64,000 nt of DNA from Mobula birostris (taxonomy: Eukaryota): positions 25,289,821 to 25,353,820 of the forward strand of contig NC_092379.1 of the NCBI RefSeq assembly GCF_030028105.1, read 5' to 3'. A program made the position numbers and the translations under genes. Shown here piece by piece: positions 11,791 to 25,620 of the stretch. The notes under the pieces are model-generated. The model saw nothing but the letters and a program-made list of their open reading frames with translations, searched no databases and was not told the origin of the DNA. Within the stretch, counting starts at the first letter, position 1. Each line of letters opens with the position of its first letter.

Positions 11791-12149
11791 CTGTATAAAT
11801 CTGTCTTCTTTTAGACTCTTCTCGTTGTTTTCACTGGCTAACCTGTACGCGCTTGCACAGTCGTGAGCCGTTCAAACAGCTGAAGAAATAACCGTCTGGG
11901 AAATATCTGGGAAAACTTCGAAATATCCAACGATACACATTCTTCCGAAAAGAGGGTCAGGAAGGCAGAGTGAGCCGTGCTGCTCTGTTTGAAATATAAA
12001 TGTGAAATCAAATCAATAGAAAGAGGTACCATACGGTCGGAAAGTATTTAATGTGGCTTGAATTAAGGAATAGCAAGCCTCGTGTTTTATACAAGCTCCC
12101 AAATAGTAGTAAGGATACCGGCGAAAAATGACAAAGGAAGATCGAAAAT

Positions 12150-14450
12150 GCATGTCAACGGGACAAATTTTCAACAGTGATGGCGGAATTCAATCTACAT
12201 TAGATAGGAAAATTCTGGTTTCTCCTGGAAATTCCTGAGTTGCAAAGAGACTTTCTTTTATAGGATCTGCTCGTGGATGATTCCAGTAGAGGATCAGCTA
12301 TTTTCGATTGGTTGCTGTGAAATGAAACAGAATTGAATAAGAACTTATGGTTAAAGAATCCATATGGTTTTATTTTCACAACAGAATCGAATTCACATGG
12401 AATACTTGAATGCAACAGTCAGTATTTCAGGCATGAAAGAGAAGGGGGAAAGTCGACTCAGACCAGAGAGACCTGCGTCTGGCATTTTCATGCGCTACAA
12501 GGTGCAGATTAGAAGTTTGTGTGGGCCCCACTCCTCGCACAGACAATCCAGAAATCTGTGGTTAAGTGTCTTGCTCAACAGCACAACGTGCCGTCACAGC
12601 TGAGGCTTGATCTGATGACCTTTAGATTACTAGACGATCGCCTTAACCACTTGGCACGTGCCCAACATGAACGATAAGTTGGCAGGAAATGATTGGAAAA
12701 GAATAGTGGCATGGATGACAGAAGAATAGCAACTACTGACTAACCTGGAAGCAATTGGAAACCACAGTGTATATCCTGGTGAAAGAGTAAGACATATTCT
12801 AAATGGAAAGGTGACATTACTGTGGATAGCAAGAGATATCAAAGGAAACAGAGCAGACAAAGAAATGCAATGTAACTGAAAAAAATGCTTAGAGTTCTGG
12901 ACTGGGAAAAGCAAATAGAAAGGCAAATAAAAATAAGTATGATGGTACGGATGAAAATAAACTAGCCGAACATATTAAAGATCATTCCACAAATGTCTTT
13001 AGAAGCACGTAAAAGAGAGGAGAAAGTTGATATTGAACCATTGGGAAACGATGCTGCGTATGTGGTAATGGGGGAAACGAATTTGGCGGACAAACTGAAA
13101 AGTATTTTGCACCAGTCTCCTTTGCGGAATAGAGTATGGTGGAATTTCCATGGGGGCAGATTTCATGAAGTGCAGGAAGTTACCAGAAACAGAAATAAGG
13201 TTATTTTGAAACTGAAAGCGCTCAACGTAGCCAGGTTATCTTAACGAGATGGCGTACAGCCCGGAGTTCTGAAGGATTTCGCTAAGGACTTCGTGGACTT
13301 ATTAGCATTGGTCTTTCAAGAATCACTCGATTTTGTCAAGGTTGCTGAAGACTCGAAACAAGCAAATGCACCCCACTATTCAAGAAAGCGAATGGTATGC
13401 TGGCATTCATAGAAGGAGGATTCGAGTACAGGAGCCGGGAGGTTCTACTGCAGTTGTACAAGGCCTTGGTGAGACCACATCTGGAGTATTGTGTGCAGTT
13501 TTGGTCCTCTAATCTGAGGAAAAACATTCTTGCCATAGAGGGAGTACAAAGAAGGTTCACCAGATTAATTCCTGGGACGCGAAGACGTTCATATGATGAA
13601 AGGCTGAATCGACTAGGCTTATACTCGATGGAATTTAGAAGATTGAGGGGGGATCTGATTGAAACGTATAACGTTCTAAAGGGATTCGACAGGCTAGATG
13701 CAGCAAGATTGTTCCCGATGTTAAGGAAGTCCAGAACGAGGGATCACAATTTGAGGATAAAGGGAAAGCGTTTTAGGACCGAGATGAGGAAAAACCTCTT
13801 CACACAGAGAGTGGTGAATCTGTGGAATTCTCTGCCACAGGAAGCAGTTGAGGCTAGTTCATTGGCTATAGTTAAGTGGGAGTTAGATATGGCCCTTGTG
13901 GCTAAAGGGATCGGGGGTATGGAGAGAAGGCAGGTACAGGGTTCTGAGTTGGATGATCAGCCATGATCATACTGAATGGCGGTGCAGGCTCGAAGGGCCG
14001 AATGGCCTACTCCTGCAGCTGTTTTCTATGTTTCTATGTTTCTAAGGCAGAGATGCAAAGGAAAGAAAACTATGAACAGTGAAGCTGACTCTAGTGCCTG
14101 GGAATATTTTAGTGGCTATTAACAAGTATGATGTCTCAGAATTCATGAAACAACACAATAAAATCAATGGTATTCATTGTGGTTTTCTGAACGGAAAATC
14201 TCGCCTGACACATCTGCTGAAATTATTTGAAAACATGAAAACTGAATAGACAAAGAATAATTGTGTACTCCGATTTAGAGAAGGCGATGGAAAAGGTGCC
14301 GCTCATGAGGCTACTAAAAAGGAACGAGCATGTAGTGTTATCGGAAAGTTTCCAGCATGGATAAAACAGTGGCTGATTGGAAGGAGACAATGCGTGAGAA
14401 TATGAGAGCCATGCCCGTAGTGGTCAAAAGTGGTTTATTTTCGTGTCAAT
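12150..14450 (+). mobile_element. Old degenerate CR1 ORF2, interrupted by a younger CR1 3' end
   Basis: Scattered CR1 ORF2 remnants. The PLFKK(G) coding stretch breaks at 13388 and resumes at 14045. Confidence 0.5.
13389..14044 (+). mobile_element. CR1 LINE 3' end (5'-truncated)
   Basis: ORF LYKALVRPHLEYCVQFWS...[11 protein letters not shown]...FTQRVVNLWNSLP, then the CR1 3'UTR hairpin region and a (TTTCTATG)n tail. Confidence 0.92.
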
Positions 14451-14849
14451 TCATTTTTCGTTATATATCAGGGCCATTATTATGAAGGAGAGCAATAGGT
14501 AGTGATATAGTTTTATGGATTCATTTTCCATGCATAGATCTGACGGCAGGAGTGAATAACATGTTACCAACCGTTCAGTGTTTGCCCTGAAGCAACTGTA
14601 CCACCTACCTGATGGCAATAATTTCAAGAAAGAATGTTCTGTGCGAAGCCGATACTCAATGATGGAAGCTGCCTTTTTGAGGCATCAGTCCCGAATATGT
14701 CCTGGCTAACATACAGGCCAGTGCTCGCGATGGAACTGAGTGGTTTTGCAAGTGTCTGCAGATTATTTCGATCATTTACAGTGCCCTTTCCGTCATAACA
14801 GATGTTGATATATTCAGCTCGAATGTGTCCCAGATACATCTGTAGAAAT

Positions 14850-15120
14850 TAGCGAGTATCTTTGAAAGCATACACAATCTCATCGAACTGCATCGAGCTC
14901 TTGGGTCAGGATAGATCCTTAGAGATAATGATAGAGGGAAGCTTGAGATTACTCCACATTTTCTAGTTCTGATTCGTAAATGATGAGGTCTTTGTGATTA
15001 CTCGTCTTGCACATTCCGAAGTCCACGTTCAATTATTTGATCTTACTGACGATGTGCACAATGTTGTTGGTGCAACACCACTCAACGAGCTGATCTGGTG
15101 GTGAGCCCACTGGGGGATGA
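14850..15120 (-). mobile_element. Rex1/Babar-like LINE RT fragment, degenerate
   Basis: Minus-strand remnants resembling the WC..NNL.LN..KTKE.IVDFR region of Rex1-type RT. Confidence 0.4.
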
Positions 15121-15339
15121 GTTATTATGGATTTTGTTTTGTGCAACTAACCAGACTTGCTCAGACAGATTGCGGTAATGGATCCTTTTGGGAAAAGTCA
15201 TCATAATATGAGCTAATTCACCTGAATGCCTGAGACAGCGAAACAGAAGCCATAAGTATCAGTATTACGGTTGTGTAAAGTGAGTTACAGAGCGATGAGA
15301 GATGGTAAAGACTGAATTTCAAAATAAACCGACGAAAAT

Positions 15340-17270
15340 ACATTGCTGAATTTAAACTATGATTCTCAAGATATAAGAGTCTTGAACGAAAGGCGAGAAT
15401 GGATTCCGGGCCGATGGAAAACTATGGTAGAAATGTTGTAATGGGTGACAGTGAAATTGCGAAGGAACTGAATAGGTATTTTGCAGTAGTCTTTACCATC
15501 GAAGGTACGAACAGTATGTTGGAATTTTTTGCTCTCAGTGGTCATGAGTTGTGTGAACCTATCATTACTTGAGAGAAGGTATTTGGGATACTGAAAGCGT
15601 CTAAAGGTAGCTGTCACCTGGACGAGATGCTGTACACACAAGTGCCCTGAAAAGAGATGTCGTAAGATATTGTTTTGGAATTAGCAATGATATTTCAAGA
15701 ATTGTTGTGCTCTGGAAAGTTCTGGAAGACGGTGGTACAGAAACTATCGCTGCACTCTTCAAGAATGGAAAGAGGCAGAAGACAGGAAACAATAGGACAA
15801 TTTATTTGATCTCAGCTCTGGAATGAAGAATCACTGAGCTCTGGGAAGTTCTGGAAGACGGTGATATGGCAAATGTCATCGCATTCTTCAAGAATAGAGA
15901 GAGGAAAATAATAGGAAACAGTAGGACAGTTTATTTTATCTCAGCTCAGACCCTTTTGTCGAAGTTGTTGCAGAAGGCTATTAAGGATGTGAGCTCAGGA
16001 ATTTTGCAGGACCTTGATTAAGTAGGCCGTAGTCATTTTGCCTGACAAATATGGCTTTACAAGCTAGGAGCGAAAGGTATTTCAGGGAATATTCTGCAAT
16101 GCATAAAACAGTGGATGATAAGCAGAGGGCAAAGTGTCGGAATAAGTGGAGCCTTTTCAGGGTGATGTCTGTCACTGAATGTGGTATTTCTCAGGGTCTG
16201 TGTTGGGACCGCGTTTTTACGTTGTATACCGATGAATTAACTACGACATTGAGCGATTTACCACAAAGATTGCAGACGACTAGCAGAAGTGTGGAGGGCA
16301 GTTATATTTTCGGAATTAAAGTGGCTACATAAGGAATTGGACAGATTTGCAGAAATGGGAAAACTTGAAAATGGAAACAAGTGTTGGAATGCGTATGGCA
16401 GGTAATGCAGGTTGGTAGTAGAAATGAAAGGATTGACTGTTCAAAAAATATAGGAAAATAGAAATCCTGAGCCACAAATGGATTTGACAGTTCATGCACA
16501 GTTTCCCTTCAGGTTAATTTCGAGGTTGAGTCTGTGGTGCGGAAGGCAAATGCGATGTTGGCATTCATTTCAAGAGGACTAGAATATGAAGTCAAGTATC
16601 GAATCCCGAGGAACAATAGAACATCGGCAGATGCTAGAAACTCAAACAACGCACACAAAATGCTGTGCGAACTAGTCAGGCCAGGCAACATCTTTGAGGG
16701 AAAAAATCTGTTTTCGGCAGAACGAATGGTCTCCGCCCGAAACGTCGAAAGTATTTTATTTTTCAAAGTTGATCCCTGGTCTGCCGAATTTCTCCAGAAT
16801 TCTGAGTATTTATAAAACACTGGTGAGGCCTCAACTGGAAGACCGTGAGATGTTGTGGACCCGTCACCTTAAAGGTCCTGGCATGTGTTCAACACCATCC
16901 TGAAAAATGAGATGTGACATTGCAATTTATCGAACAGTAATAGAGTGAATATGGAGAGGGCGTATTCGATGGTAGGAAAGTATAAAATCGGAGGACAGAG
17001 CCTACGAATAGATTGAGGAAATGATGAAATATCACTTTATCCAGAGAGTGCTAAGTATGATGAATTGTTTTCCTCAGGCAGCTGTGGAGGCCAGGTCTTC
17101 ATATGCATTGAAGACAGAGGTTGATAGATTATTATTTTTTTTTTTTTTTTTGGCGGGGAATGAAGGGATGCAGGGAGTAGGCAACAGATTAGGACTGACA
17201 GTAAATATAGTTCAACAATGTTGAAATGGAAGGCCAGACTCTAAGAGCAAAATTACCAAATTTTACTGAT
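15340..17270 (+). mobile_element. Degenerate CR1 ORF2 to 3' end
   Basis: Motifs VRKANAMLAFISRGLEY and YKTLVRPQLE plus CR1-type RT remnants. Contains a local tandem duplication (15710-15950) and a Penelope-tail insertion. Confidence 0.65.
16611..16806. mobile_element. Penelope-tail fold-back element inserted in CR1
   Basis: The left arm matches the reverse complement of the Penelope 3' repeat and the right arm matches the sense strand. The centre carries aacgaatggtctccgcccgaaacgtcga (16721-16748), a hammerhead remnant. The host CR1 frame resumes at tttataaaacactgg. Confidence 0.65.
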
Positions 17271-17345
17271 AAGCTTATTACATTTTTGTCGACATCTAGC
17301 TCCTGTCCGTCATCTGGTCAACTTGTGAAATTCTGCAAACAATAG

Positions 17346-18610
17346 TGTCATGGTCTGGTCCGTGAAGTCCGTATTCCGGTTCACGCTCCGGTCCATCGAC
17401 CCTTGCTCCAGGTTTTCCTGTCTACCCTGTGTCTGTTCTTGTTCAGCTCTAATTGAGGCAGCTGATGCTCGTTGGGACTGGTTGCATAAATACCTTCAGG
17501 GACCAGGGCGTGGCTGCTGGATTGTTCTTGTCCTTACTCTTTGTATCCCTTCCTCTGCCTTCTGTTTCCTGCCTGAAGCATTGCATGTGACTCTCGCTCG
17601 CCTGGAGTTCTCGCTTCGCCTTGCAATGTCTGAAACCCTGCCTTCTCGTGCCGATAACTCTCGCCTCGCCTGAAGTTAAGTCTTGCCTTGCATTGCCTGA
17701 AGCCTTGCCTTGTCTTGCTGTCTTGTCCTGGAGCCACCCGATACCTAGCTCCCTTCCTGTGCCTTGCTTCCTTAGAGTAAGCCAGACCGTCTTGCCGTTA
17801 CTTGCGGTTGGTTCTGTCCCTTTCTGTCCCTTGTCTCCGTCGGGGAAGCCAGGCCGTTTTGTCATTACCTGCGGTTGGTTCTGTCCCTTCCTGTCCCTTG
17901 CCTCCGTCGGGTAAGCCAGACCGTCTTGCCGTTACCTACGGCTGGTTCTGACCTTCCTGCCCCTTGCCTCCGTCGGGTGGAGATCCGCGCCCTGCCCAGG
18001 AGGAGCCTGTCTAGCCTCAAGCCTGAAGACTCTAGCCTCCTGCCTAGCCTAAAGCCTGATGACCCCATCCTCCTGTCTAGCCTCAAGCCTGAAGACTCCA
18101 GCCTCCTTCCTAATCTGAAGCCTGAAGACCTCAGCCTCCTGCCTCCTGCCAAGCATCGCCTCAAGTCTCTAGCATCAAGACTGAAGACTCCAGCCTCCTG
18201 CCTCCTGCCAAGCTTCGCCTATAGCCTCACGCGTGAATACTCCGGGCTCCTGCCTCCTGCCAAGCCTCGCCTCTAGCCTCAAGCCTGAAGACTCCAGCCT
18301 GTTGCCTCCTGCCAAGCCTCGCCTCTACCCTCAAGCCTGAAAACTCCAGCCTCATCCTGCCTGCCTGCCAAGCCTCGTCTTTGCCTAGTTCTGGGGTCCG
18401 AGCCAGAGGCAGGACACAAGTACTGGGTCCTTGTCCAGTCTCTGGCTCAGAGTCCAAGCCCGGGCTCATAGCTCTCTTGTCCAGTCCTGTTCCTGTTTCC
18501 CGGTTTTCGTGTCCATGTCCTTGCCCTCAGCCTGTATCCTTGTCCTGTCCCTAGTACTTCAGTGTCTGTGTCTTGCACTTGGGTGCGTTCCGTGCCACCG
18601 CCTTATGACA
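17346..18610 (+). mobile_element. Solo LTR (same family as 5807-7169)
   Basis: Termini TGTCATG...TATGACA with a perfect 5-bp TSD AATAG (17341-17345 and 18611-18615). TATA-like cataaata near 17487. Internal C-rich minisatellite at ~18010-18370. Confidence 0.88.
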
Positions 18611-18639
18611 AATAGTTGTGTCGTCAGCAATTTTTTGAT

Positions 18640-19010
18640 GACATTTAAGGTGTTCCGAGTGAAACCGTTATTGGCAGGGGGGAGGGGGTGCGGAAGAGAG
18701 GTAGAGCAGTGTGCTAAGCACACGTCCTTTAAATGCACCAGCGTCGCTTATAAACATGGTAAATTATTTACTTCCGATTGGCAAAGACTGTGGTCTTCCA
18801 CTGTGGAGCACAGGTATTGTAGCTTTTTGATTAAACCTCCAGTACTGATTGTGTTTAAAGCAGAGCTGTAGTGAACATATTGCAGGATAGCGTAAGTGTT
18901 TGTATGATCCAAGTGATCCAAGGCCGCAGGTATAGCCAATGAGATGGTATCAGCAGTCGGCAAATTGTGGCGACAGACAAACTACAGTTGATCCTGGTCC
19001 TCAGAACCAG
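18640..19010 (-). mobile_element. Rex1/Babar-like RT fragment
   Basis: Minus ORF TADTISLAIPAALDHLDHTNTYAILQYVHYSSALNTI matches the Rex1-type RT motif 3 region (STxDA...HLD...YVRMLFIDYSSAFNTI). Confidence 0.75.
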
Positions 19011-19042
19011 AAGACGGAAATGTTCTGCATGCCATGTATGTC

Positions 19043-19812
19043 ATAGAACATAGAACATAGAATAGTACAGCATATTAGAGGTCCTTCAGCCCACAATGTT
19101 GTTCCGACCCTCAAACCCTGCCACCCATATAAACCCCACCTTAAGTTCATCCATTTACCTGTCTAGTAGTCTCTTAAACTTCATTCGTGTATCTGCCTCC
19201 AACACTGACTCAGGCAGTGAATTGCACGCAGCAACCACTCTCTGAGTTAAAAAAAAAAATCTTCCTCTAATATCCCCCTTAAACTTCCCACCCCTTACCT
19301 TAAAGCCATGTCCTCTTGTATTGAGCAGTGGAGACCTGAGGAAAAGGCGCCGGCTATGCACTCTATCTATTCATCTTATTATCTTGTACACCTCTATCAT
19401 GTCTCCTCTCATCCTCCTTCTCTCCAAAGCGTAAAGCCCCAGCTCTGATCATAATGCATACTCACTAAACCAGGCAGCATCCTGGTAAATATCCTCTGTA
19501 CCCTATACAATGCTTCCACATCCTTCCCATTGTGAGGCGACCAGAACTGGACAGAATACTCCAAGTGTGGCCTAACCAGAGTTTTATAGAGCTGCATCAT
19601 TACATCGCGACTATTAAACACTATTCCTCGACTTATGAAAGCTAACACCCCATAACCTTTCTTAACTACCGTATCTAATTGTGAGGCAAATTCCAGGGAT
19701 CTGTGGACATGTACCCTCAGATCCCTCTGCTCCTCCACACTACCAACTATCCTGCCATTTACTTTGTACTCTGCCTTGGAGTATGTCCTTCCAAAGTGTA
19801 CCACCTCACACG
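19043..19812 (-). mobile_element. CR1 LINE 3' end
   Basis: Minus ORFs LYKTLVRPHLEYSVQFWSPH and FLTQRVVAACNSLPESV. The tail reads catagaacatagaacatagaa on the + strand. Confidence 0.9.
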
Positions 19813-22605
19813 TCATGTCGGGAGCGGCGAATTATTTATTTAATATCAGAGTTTATATTATAAGTGGCACAATCAGTAAACTCATCTAAAGCTCATATTG
19901 CATTAAGGTAAGCTGTGCTTGTTGTAAATTGATGTGTTAATGATGAAGGAGGGACATTATCTTAAAACTCGGAGAGCAATTAGGAAATTCCGTTCCATAA
20001 TTTTGCACAAAGGACATATGCAGCAATGATTCCATTAAAAAAAGAAAACGTCTCTTTATGGATGTGTATTATCGGATGTAGAACTATGTAGAGAAGAGCA
20101 GTTTAGAACCCTAGCAAATAGAAGATGATTTATAATATTCCCTGGAGTTTTCACCCGGGATTGAGCCTAATATCAGTAAAGACAAATTGAAAATATCACC
20201 CACCTCTTCTGTGTTTCTGGTTCGCGAGATGTAAAGTAGAAAGCCAGATCAGCATAAGTTCACTACTTTATTAATGGAGAAAATAAATGTCATGCCACTT
20301 ATGAGCGTTACGTGGCGCAATTGAGACTGTCAGCATCGACCGAAGCACTGCTTTATATACGATTTGTCTTTCTCGAAGTAAGCTATGGAACGCAGATATT
20401 AGTGATAATTTTTGAAGACTGACTAATATCTAAATGGCCTACAAACCGCACATTCGCCCTCTCCCGCCTTGCTAAAAAAAAAAATAAATAATAATAGCAT
20501 TGTGTTCTTTCATTTTCCTGGTTGTTTCTGTGCTGCAGAGATATCTGAAATTATTTTATTTTCACTAAAACATGCTCCTTTATGAACTTACACAGTTAAA
20601 TGAAACGCTTATCCGCTCCATCTGCATTCCTCCCAGACAAATAACGAAACGAAACAGTCACATTTCATCCAGTCTTGCTGTCTCGCAATTCCTTCATCGA
20701 GAAAACTGTGTCTGTTTTTCCCTACCTCTTTTCATTACAACACCTCTCCTTCTAACTGCAAATTACCAGATAGCCCGGGACGTCTACGATCTAACATTAT
20801 GAAAATTCAATTCACAGATATCATGTAATTCACTCCCTGTTTGTTTCTTTGACCTCTTTATCGGCAGAAGTGCTTCCGCAAGTCTCTTAATTCAAGCACC
20901 TTCGGTCCCGTGTTTCCCAGTGTCCTACGATTCTAGACTTTAATAGATTTGCTTTTCCCTGATACCATAGAACAAATATATACCTTTTGCCAAATGCCAC
21001 CATCTGCGCAGACTCCATAACTTTCCTGGGCCCCTGCACTTTTTATTTAATGCCGTATTCACGAACCTGCAGTTATCTACTCTCAATACCTCCATGTATT
21101 CGCGTTATCACCAGCCTTCCGTTTATGATATGCTTCCATCTTCCAAACACCGTTCCACACCTGCATGCATCAAGAGCTTTCCAGTTCTTCATGACCTTTT
21201 GTTTTGTTTTGTTTTGTTTTGTTTTCTCTAAACTCCCTCTATCTCTTGCTATTACGGCTTTCAAGTCTGGGATTTGATAAAAAAAAACAAATTATACCCG
21301 AAGCGTGAACGATCGTTTTGCCTTCAGAGACGCTGCTTGACCAGATGGTAATATTCCAGAAGATTTTCAGTGGGATTATCATCATATGATATCCAGATAT
21401 TGCAAGTGTGACATGACAGCAAATGTTATTCAGAAGCCGGAGAAGTGTCTGCAGATATATAAACAACGTTAATAAATCTAAATGATGTTTCGATCTAATC
21501 CCGAGTTTCAATTAATCTTCGGCAGGAACTTGATACAATCCATAATACAGAGAGGCAAAGCCTACTTTGATATAAACGCGTGGTGACATTCCGCGTGGTG
21601 ACCAAGCGGTTGCATGTCTATTATTTAAAGACATGCAGGTTTATTTTGTGTTATGCTACGCAGGACCTGATGGAATATATATGGGGACTGATCTCAAATA
21701 TAAGTGACGCAATGCGCATGTCCAATGAAACATTACATGTAGATGAAGTTGTGCAATTCTAACACCCCCAAGAGCATGAAAATTTGATATTGTAGGATTT
21801 ATGCAGTAAAGAGAGCTGTGTGGAATAACGGTCACTGATATAAAGTGCCAACAATATAATGCACCCAAATACGGATAGCCTTCAAGACAATGTACACAAT
21901 GACAACCTGCTATAAATATACATTGGTCAAAGCAGAGGCAGTGCAGAGTGTCATCTATACATATACAGTATATGTGCCGAAATGGTCGCATTGTGACCAG
22001 GCATTGTGTGATAAAAACAGAACAAAATGTCTGTCATAATATAGAGAGACACGCTACAGAATACTACCCCTGTAATACAAAGAAGCACAAGATCTTGTGA
22101 GATATAATCAAAAATATAGTTGACTGAGTTGAAGACATATTTACGATACTGTCTCTCCGGAACCTATGTAATGCCAGTGTATTTGCTCAGACTACCATGA
22201 TATCCCTTTACATAGAGATGTGCAATGTATATTCAGATATACGACACATTCCGTTCTAAACATCTATCTGGCATACTTCGATCAGGATCACAACGCGCCC
22301 GAAAGATTTACACTTATCCCTGGATTGTATTTCAGAAAGTGTTAAAATGTGCAACATCGACACAGTACAATAGTTACAATGCCATACGGAGGTAAGTAGA
22401 ATATAATATGAACAGAGTCGTTATGTAATTCATATAGAGCAGAATAAAGCAGGGACAAGTGAATGCATTTTAAAGTGAAATTTGAATCTGTATGGTAAGG
22501 GTTCATCAGTCATTTAACCAAGGGCAATGGTCCGCATAATATGCAAAGTTTCAAGTGAAGATGCAATGCAAAGTTATACAGGACCATTAAAATAGATTTA
22601 ACGGA

Positions 22606-22606
<1 letters not shown>

Positions 22607-22636
<30 letters not shown>
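22607..22636. repeat. (ATT)10 microsatellite
   Basis: Direct read. Confidence 0.95.
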
Positions 22637-23304
22637 TGCAGGGATGCTCAGTAAGAAACAGATTAAAAAAAAAAAAAAAAAAAAGTACAGCATAGCACTT
22701 AACGTAGCAGGGCCGGCGGTAATATAGAGACCTACAGACTCTTGTGTGCTATGAACACAGAGCGAACGTATATCTTGATACTTGCAGGCACAGTAAGCAT
22801 TTTGCCATAAACAGGTACATGGACTGTGTGAGTGTATACTGGCGTAATCCGGTACATACAAATACAAGGCAAACATGATAAAACATTTCGTGGTCATCGC
22901 ACCTCAAAATGTATCAGAAATTGATTCGTTAGATGGTACACAGCAGAACATAGAGCATGGAAATGTACAGAACAAGAATAGGATATTCTGCTCACGAAGT
23001 TCTGAAAAAAAATCATTAAGGCTATGATGTGTATAGGTTTTGTCACATGTGGTTCCTATCAACTTTATGCGCAGCGAATTCATGTGACCACCAATGTTAT
23101 ATACATTTCCGAGTCATTGCCGTAATAGTAAAAAAAAAGGTAATGACCCAGTGCAGTAATGTTAGTATCTGGCCGTTGATAATGCAAGGAGTCATCATCT
23201 CCCTGTGGGAGTATATATTTGTTTTACATGCTATTCAGCGATGTGCATCTTATCTCCTACCCGTGGTTCTGTCAGCCTCATCTGTTACATTCTCTGACAA
23301 CATA

Positions 23305-23484
23305 NNNNNNNNNNNNNNNNNNNNNNNNNNNNNNNNNNNNNNNNNNNNNNNNNNNNNNNNNNNNNNNNNNNNNNNNNNNNNNNNNNNNNNNNNNNNNNNN
23401 NNNNNNNNNNNNNNNNNNNNNNNNNNNNNNNNNNNNNNNNNNNNNNNNNNNNNNNNNNNNNNNNNNNNNNNNNNNNNNNNNNNN
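23305..23484. other. Assembly gap (N run)
   Basis: N characters. Confidence 1.
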
Positions 23485-23829
23485 GCCTCAGACCGGAGCG
23501 ATGTCCACTTAGAACATAAAGGAGGAGGAATTCCTTCATCGAAGTGGAGCGTATTCTTTGCAATTCAGTGTTTATAAAAAGGCAGCGGAAGCCAAGTGTC
23601 ACAATACATTTAAGTGGCTTTTGATATGTCCTTGATTAGTTAGGGCGTCAGGTTTCCGGGGGGAAAAAAAAAGACAGGGAAATAGGGTTGTAAGTGTTAA
23701 TAAATCAGCCATGATAGAGTTGAGCAGAAGAATCGATGAGACGCATTACCTTATTCTGCTCCAATGATTTACAGCCATGTGATTTACTTGTTTGAGCATT
23801 CTTAAGGGCCGCTTAATTCCCAGGGCCAC

Positions 23830-24810
23830 TGTAGCATGCTTATCACCTCATTCTATAGAATGTGAAAGAAATCGACATTCCCGACTAAAACAAATTGGCC
23901 ACGTGGAGAACGTACAAACTCATTACTGGCGTCATCGGGAATGGACGCCCTAACAGGGAATTATCGCTTTAATGGTTTCTGCTAACTTGTGCTCTACCAC
24001 GTCATTGCAGCAGATTGAACGTTGTGCAACATGATGTGCTACTATGCCATGTCAGCATGAAAAGCCAGCCTTAAATTAAATTAAATCGGGACACGAAATC
24101 GGTACGTAAGAGTAAGAAAAGTATCAGTATTATACCGCTCAACTATTGTCAGGTTATCTTCATTTTGACATTCAACTTTTGTCATGCGCATATATATATC
24201 ATTAAAACATATATACCATTCCTGTCTACGCGCCTTTTTTGTGCATTTGGTGAGTATTTGCTTTTCAGGGATTATGAACACATTTCGGAAACTGCAGAAT
24301 AGCTCAAGTCTGCGCTGTTCTGTGGATTTTTCACATCAAAAATGCTATCTGGCACCCAGCTGGTTGCAATATTTGTAAAAATTGATGTGAATGCCCAACA
24401 AATCTGAGAGAATGTTGCACAAGCTAATGATAATCATTCAAATGAGAACTTTCTGGTTAGTTATGGGAAAATGTTAATCAGCTTATTAATGTTATTATAT
24501 CTGTAGTGATCACAGATGGACTCGAGCTAGGTGTTGATATAAATAATCTCAGAAATGTAAATCCCAGATTAGAATGCAGAAGGACAGAAACGGAACATAT
24601 TTGTCCCCACCAACGCATAACATATTTTCAGAGAGAGAGATGCAAATATTCAAACGATCGACCAGTAATGGCTAATGTATCAGCTATGCTTCTGTCAGCT
24701 GGAGGAGATTAAATTAGAGATGTTATTCAGGATCAATCTGGGTCTTTTTTTTCCCGTAATCACAGGAAATCGGAACGTACTGATTACGGGTCCAGTGCAA
24801 TTCAATAACT
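23830..24810. repeat. Old duplicated block, copy A (paralog of ~27200-28745), including a minus-strand tRNA-derived SINE remnant
   Basis: Shared anchors: gtcattgcagca (24001 and 27370), cgggacacgaaatc (24087 and 27456), agtgatc(a/g)cagatggactcg (24505 and 28439). Confidence 0.75.
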
Positions 24811-24888
24811 CACTCGCTCTCTTTAGCCATGCCCGGTTATCGTCCTAATTGTTGTTTCTTTTTTTTTTTTCCCTCTCAGAACTTTTTT

Positions 24889-25019
24889 NNNNNNNNNNNN
24901 NNNNNNNNNNNNNNNNNNNNNNNNNNNNNNNNNNNNNNNNNNNNNNNNNNNNNNNNNNNNNNNNNNNNNNNNNNNNNNNNNNNNNNNNNNNNNNNNNNNN
25001 NNNNNNNNNNNNNNNNNNN
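24889..25019. other. Assembly gap (N run)
   Basis: N characters. Confidence 1.
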
Positions 25020-25035
25020 CCATCATATTAATTAA

Positions 25036-25620
25036 ATGATGGTCTGAATTGTTGATCTGAGCAGTGTCTGCTGGACTTGTTGTCGTCCATCTTTAATGTA
25101 CTTCCCACTGGGGGTGTATGGGGTGTCAGGGTGGGGTAGCACCTCTGGTGCAGGAAATGTCGTGTCCTTTTCAAGGCGGTTAGGCCACCTTTGGTCGCCA
25201 CCTGACACTCAGCTCTCAACTGTGTCTCCCCGTAGCTGTATCCATGCGACAGCGGCCATGCCCCGGGCAACGGCTTCGACCAGCGGGTTAAACCAGCAGA
25301 GGGTAGCCGACGGGTCTCAAACGGTCGGTGAGACAGGGAGTTGTCTACCCCAGCATGTGAAGACAGACTCCAGCGTATTGAGTGGACGAGACCAATGGAT
25401 GGGCCAACGGTCAGGAAGGCGGTCTCTGCAAGCGTCGTGGAACGTGTAGAGCACGTCAACACACAGAAGAAGTCCTGGTCATTCACTGCGCCTAGTCCCA
25501 TCTCCAGCCGTCTTGACACTGTCTTGTCACTGAATCCAGATGGGAGTTGGGAAGAGAGAGTGAGGCTGACGCTGCGCAACTCCCCCTCATTTAAATCCAA
25601 ATCACCATCATAATCGAGTC
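25036..25620. repeat. GC-rich, probably interspersed repeat, unclassified
   Basis: Sharp GC/CpG-rich island in AT-rich DNA, with no recognisable protein motif. Confidence 0.35.

Noticed and set aside
23029-25035. ORFs spanning N runs (also 43851-44131)
   Set aside because: They are artefacts of translating assembly gaps.
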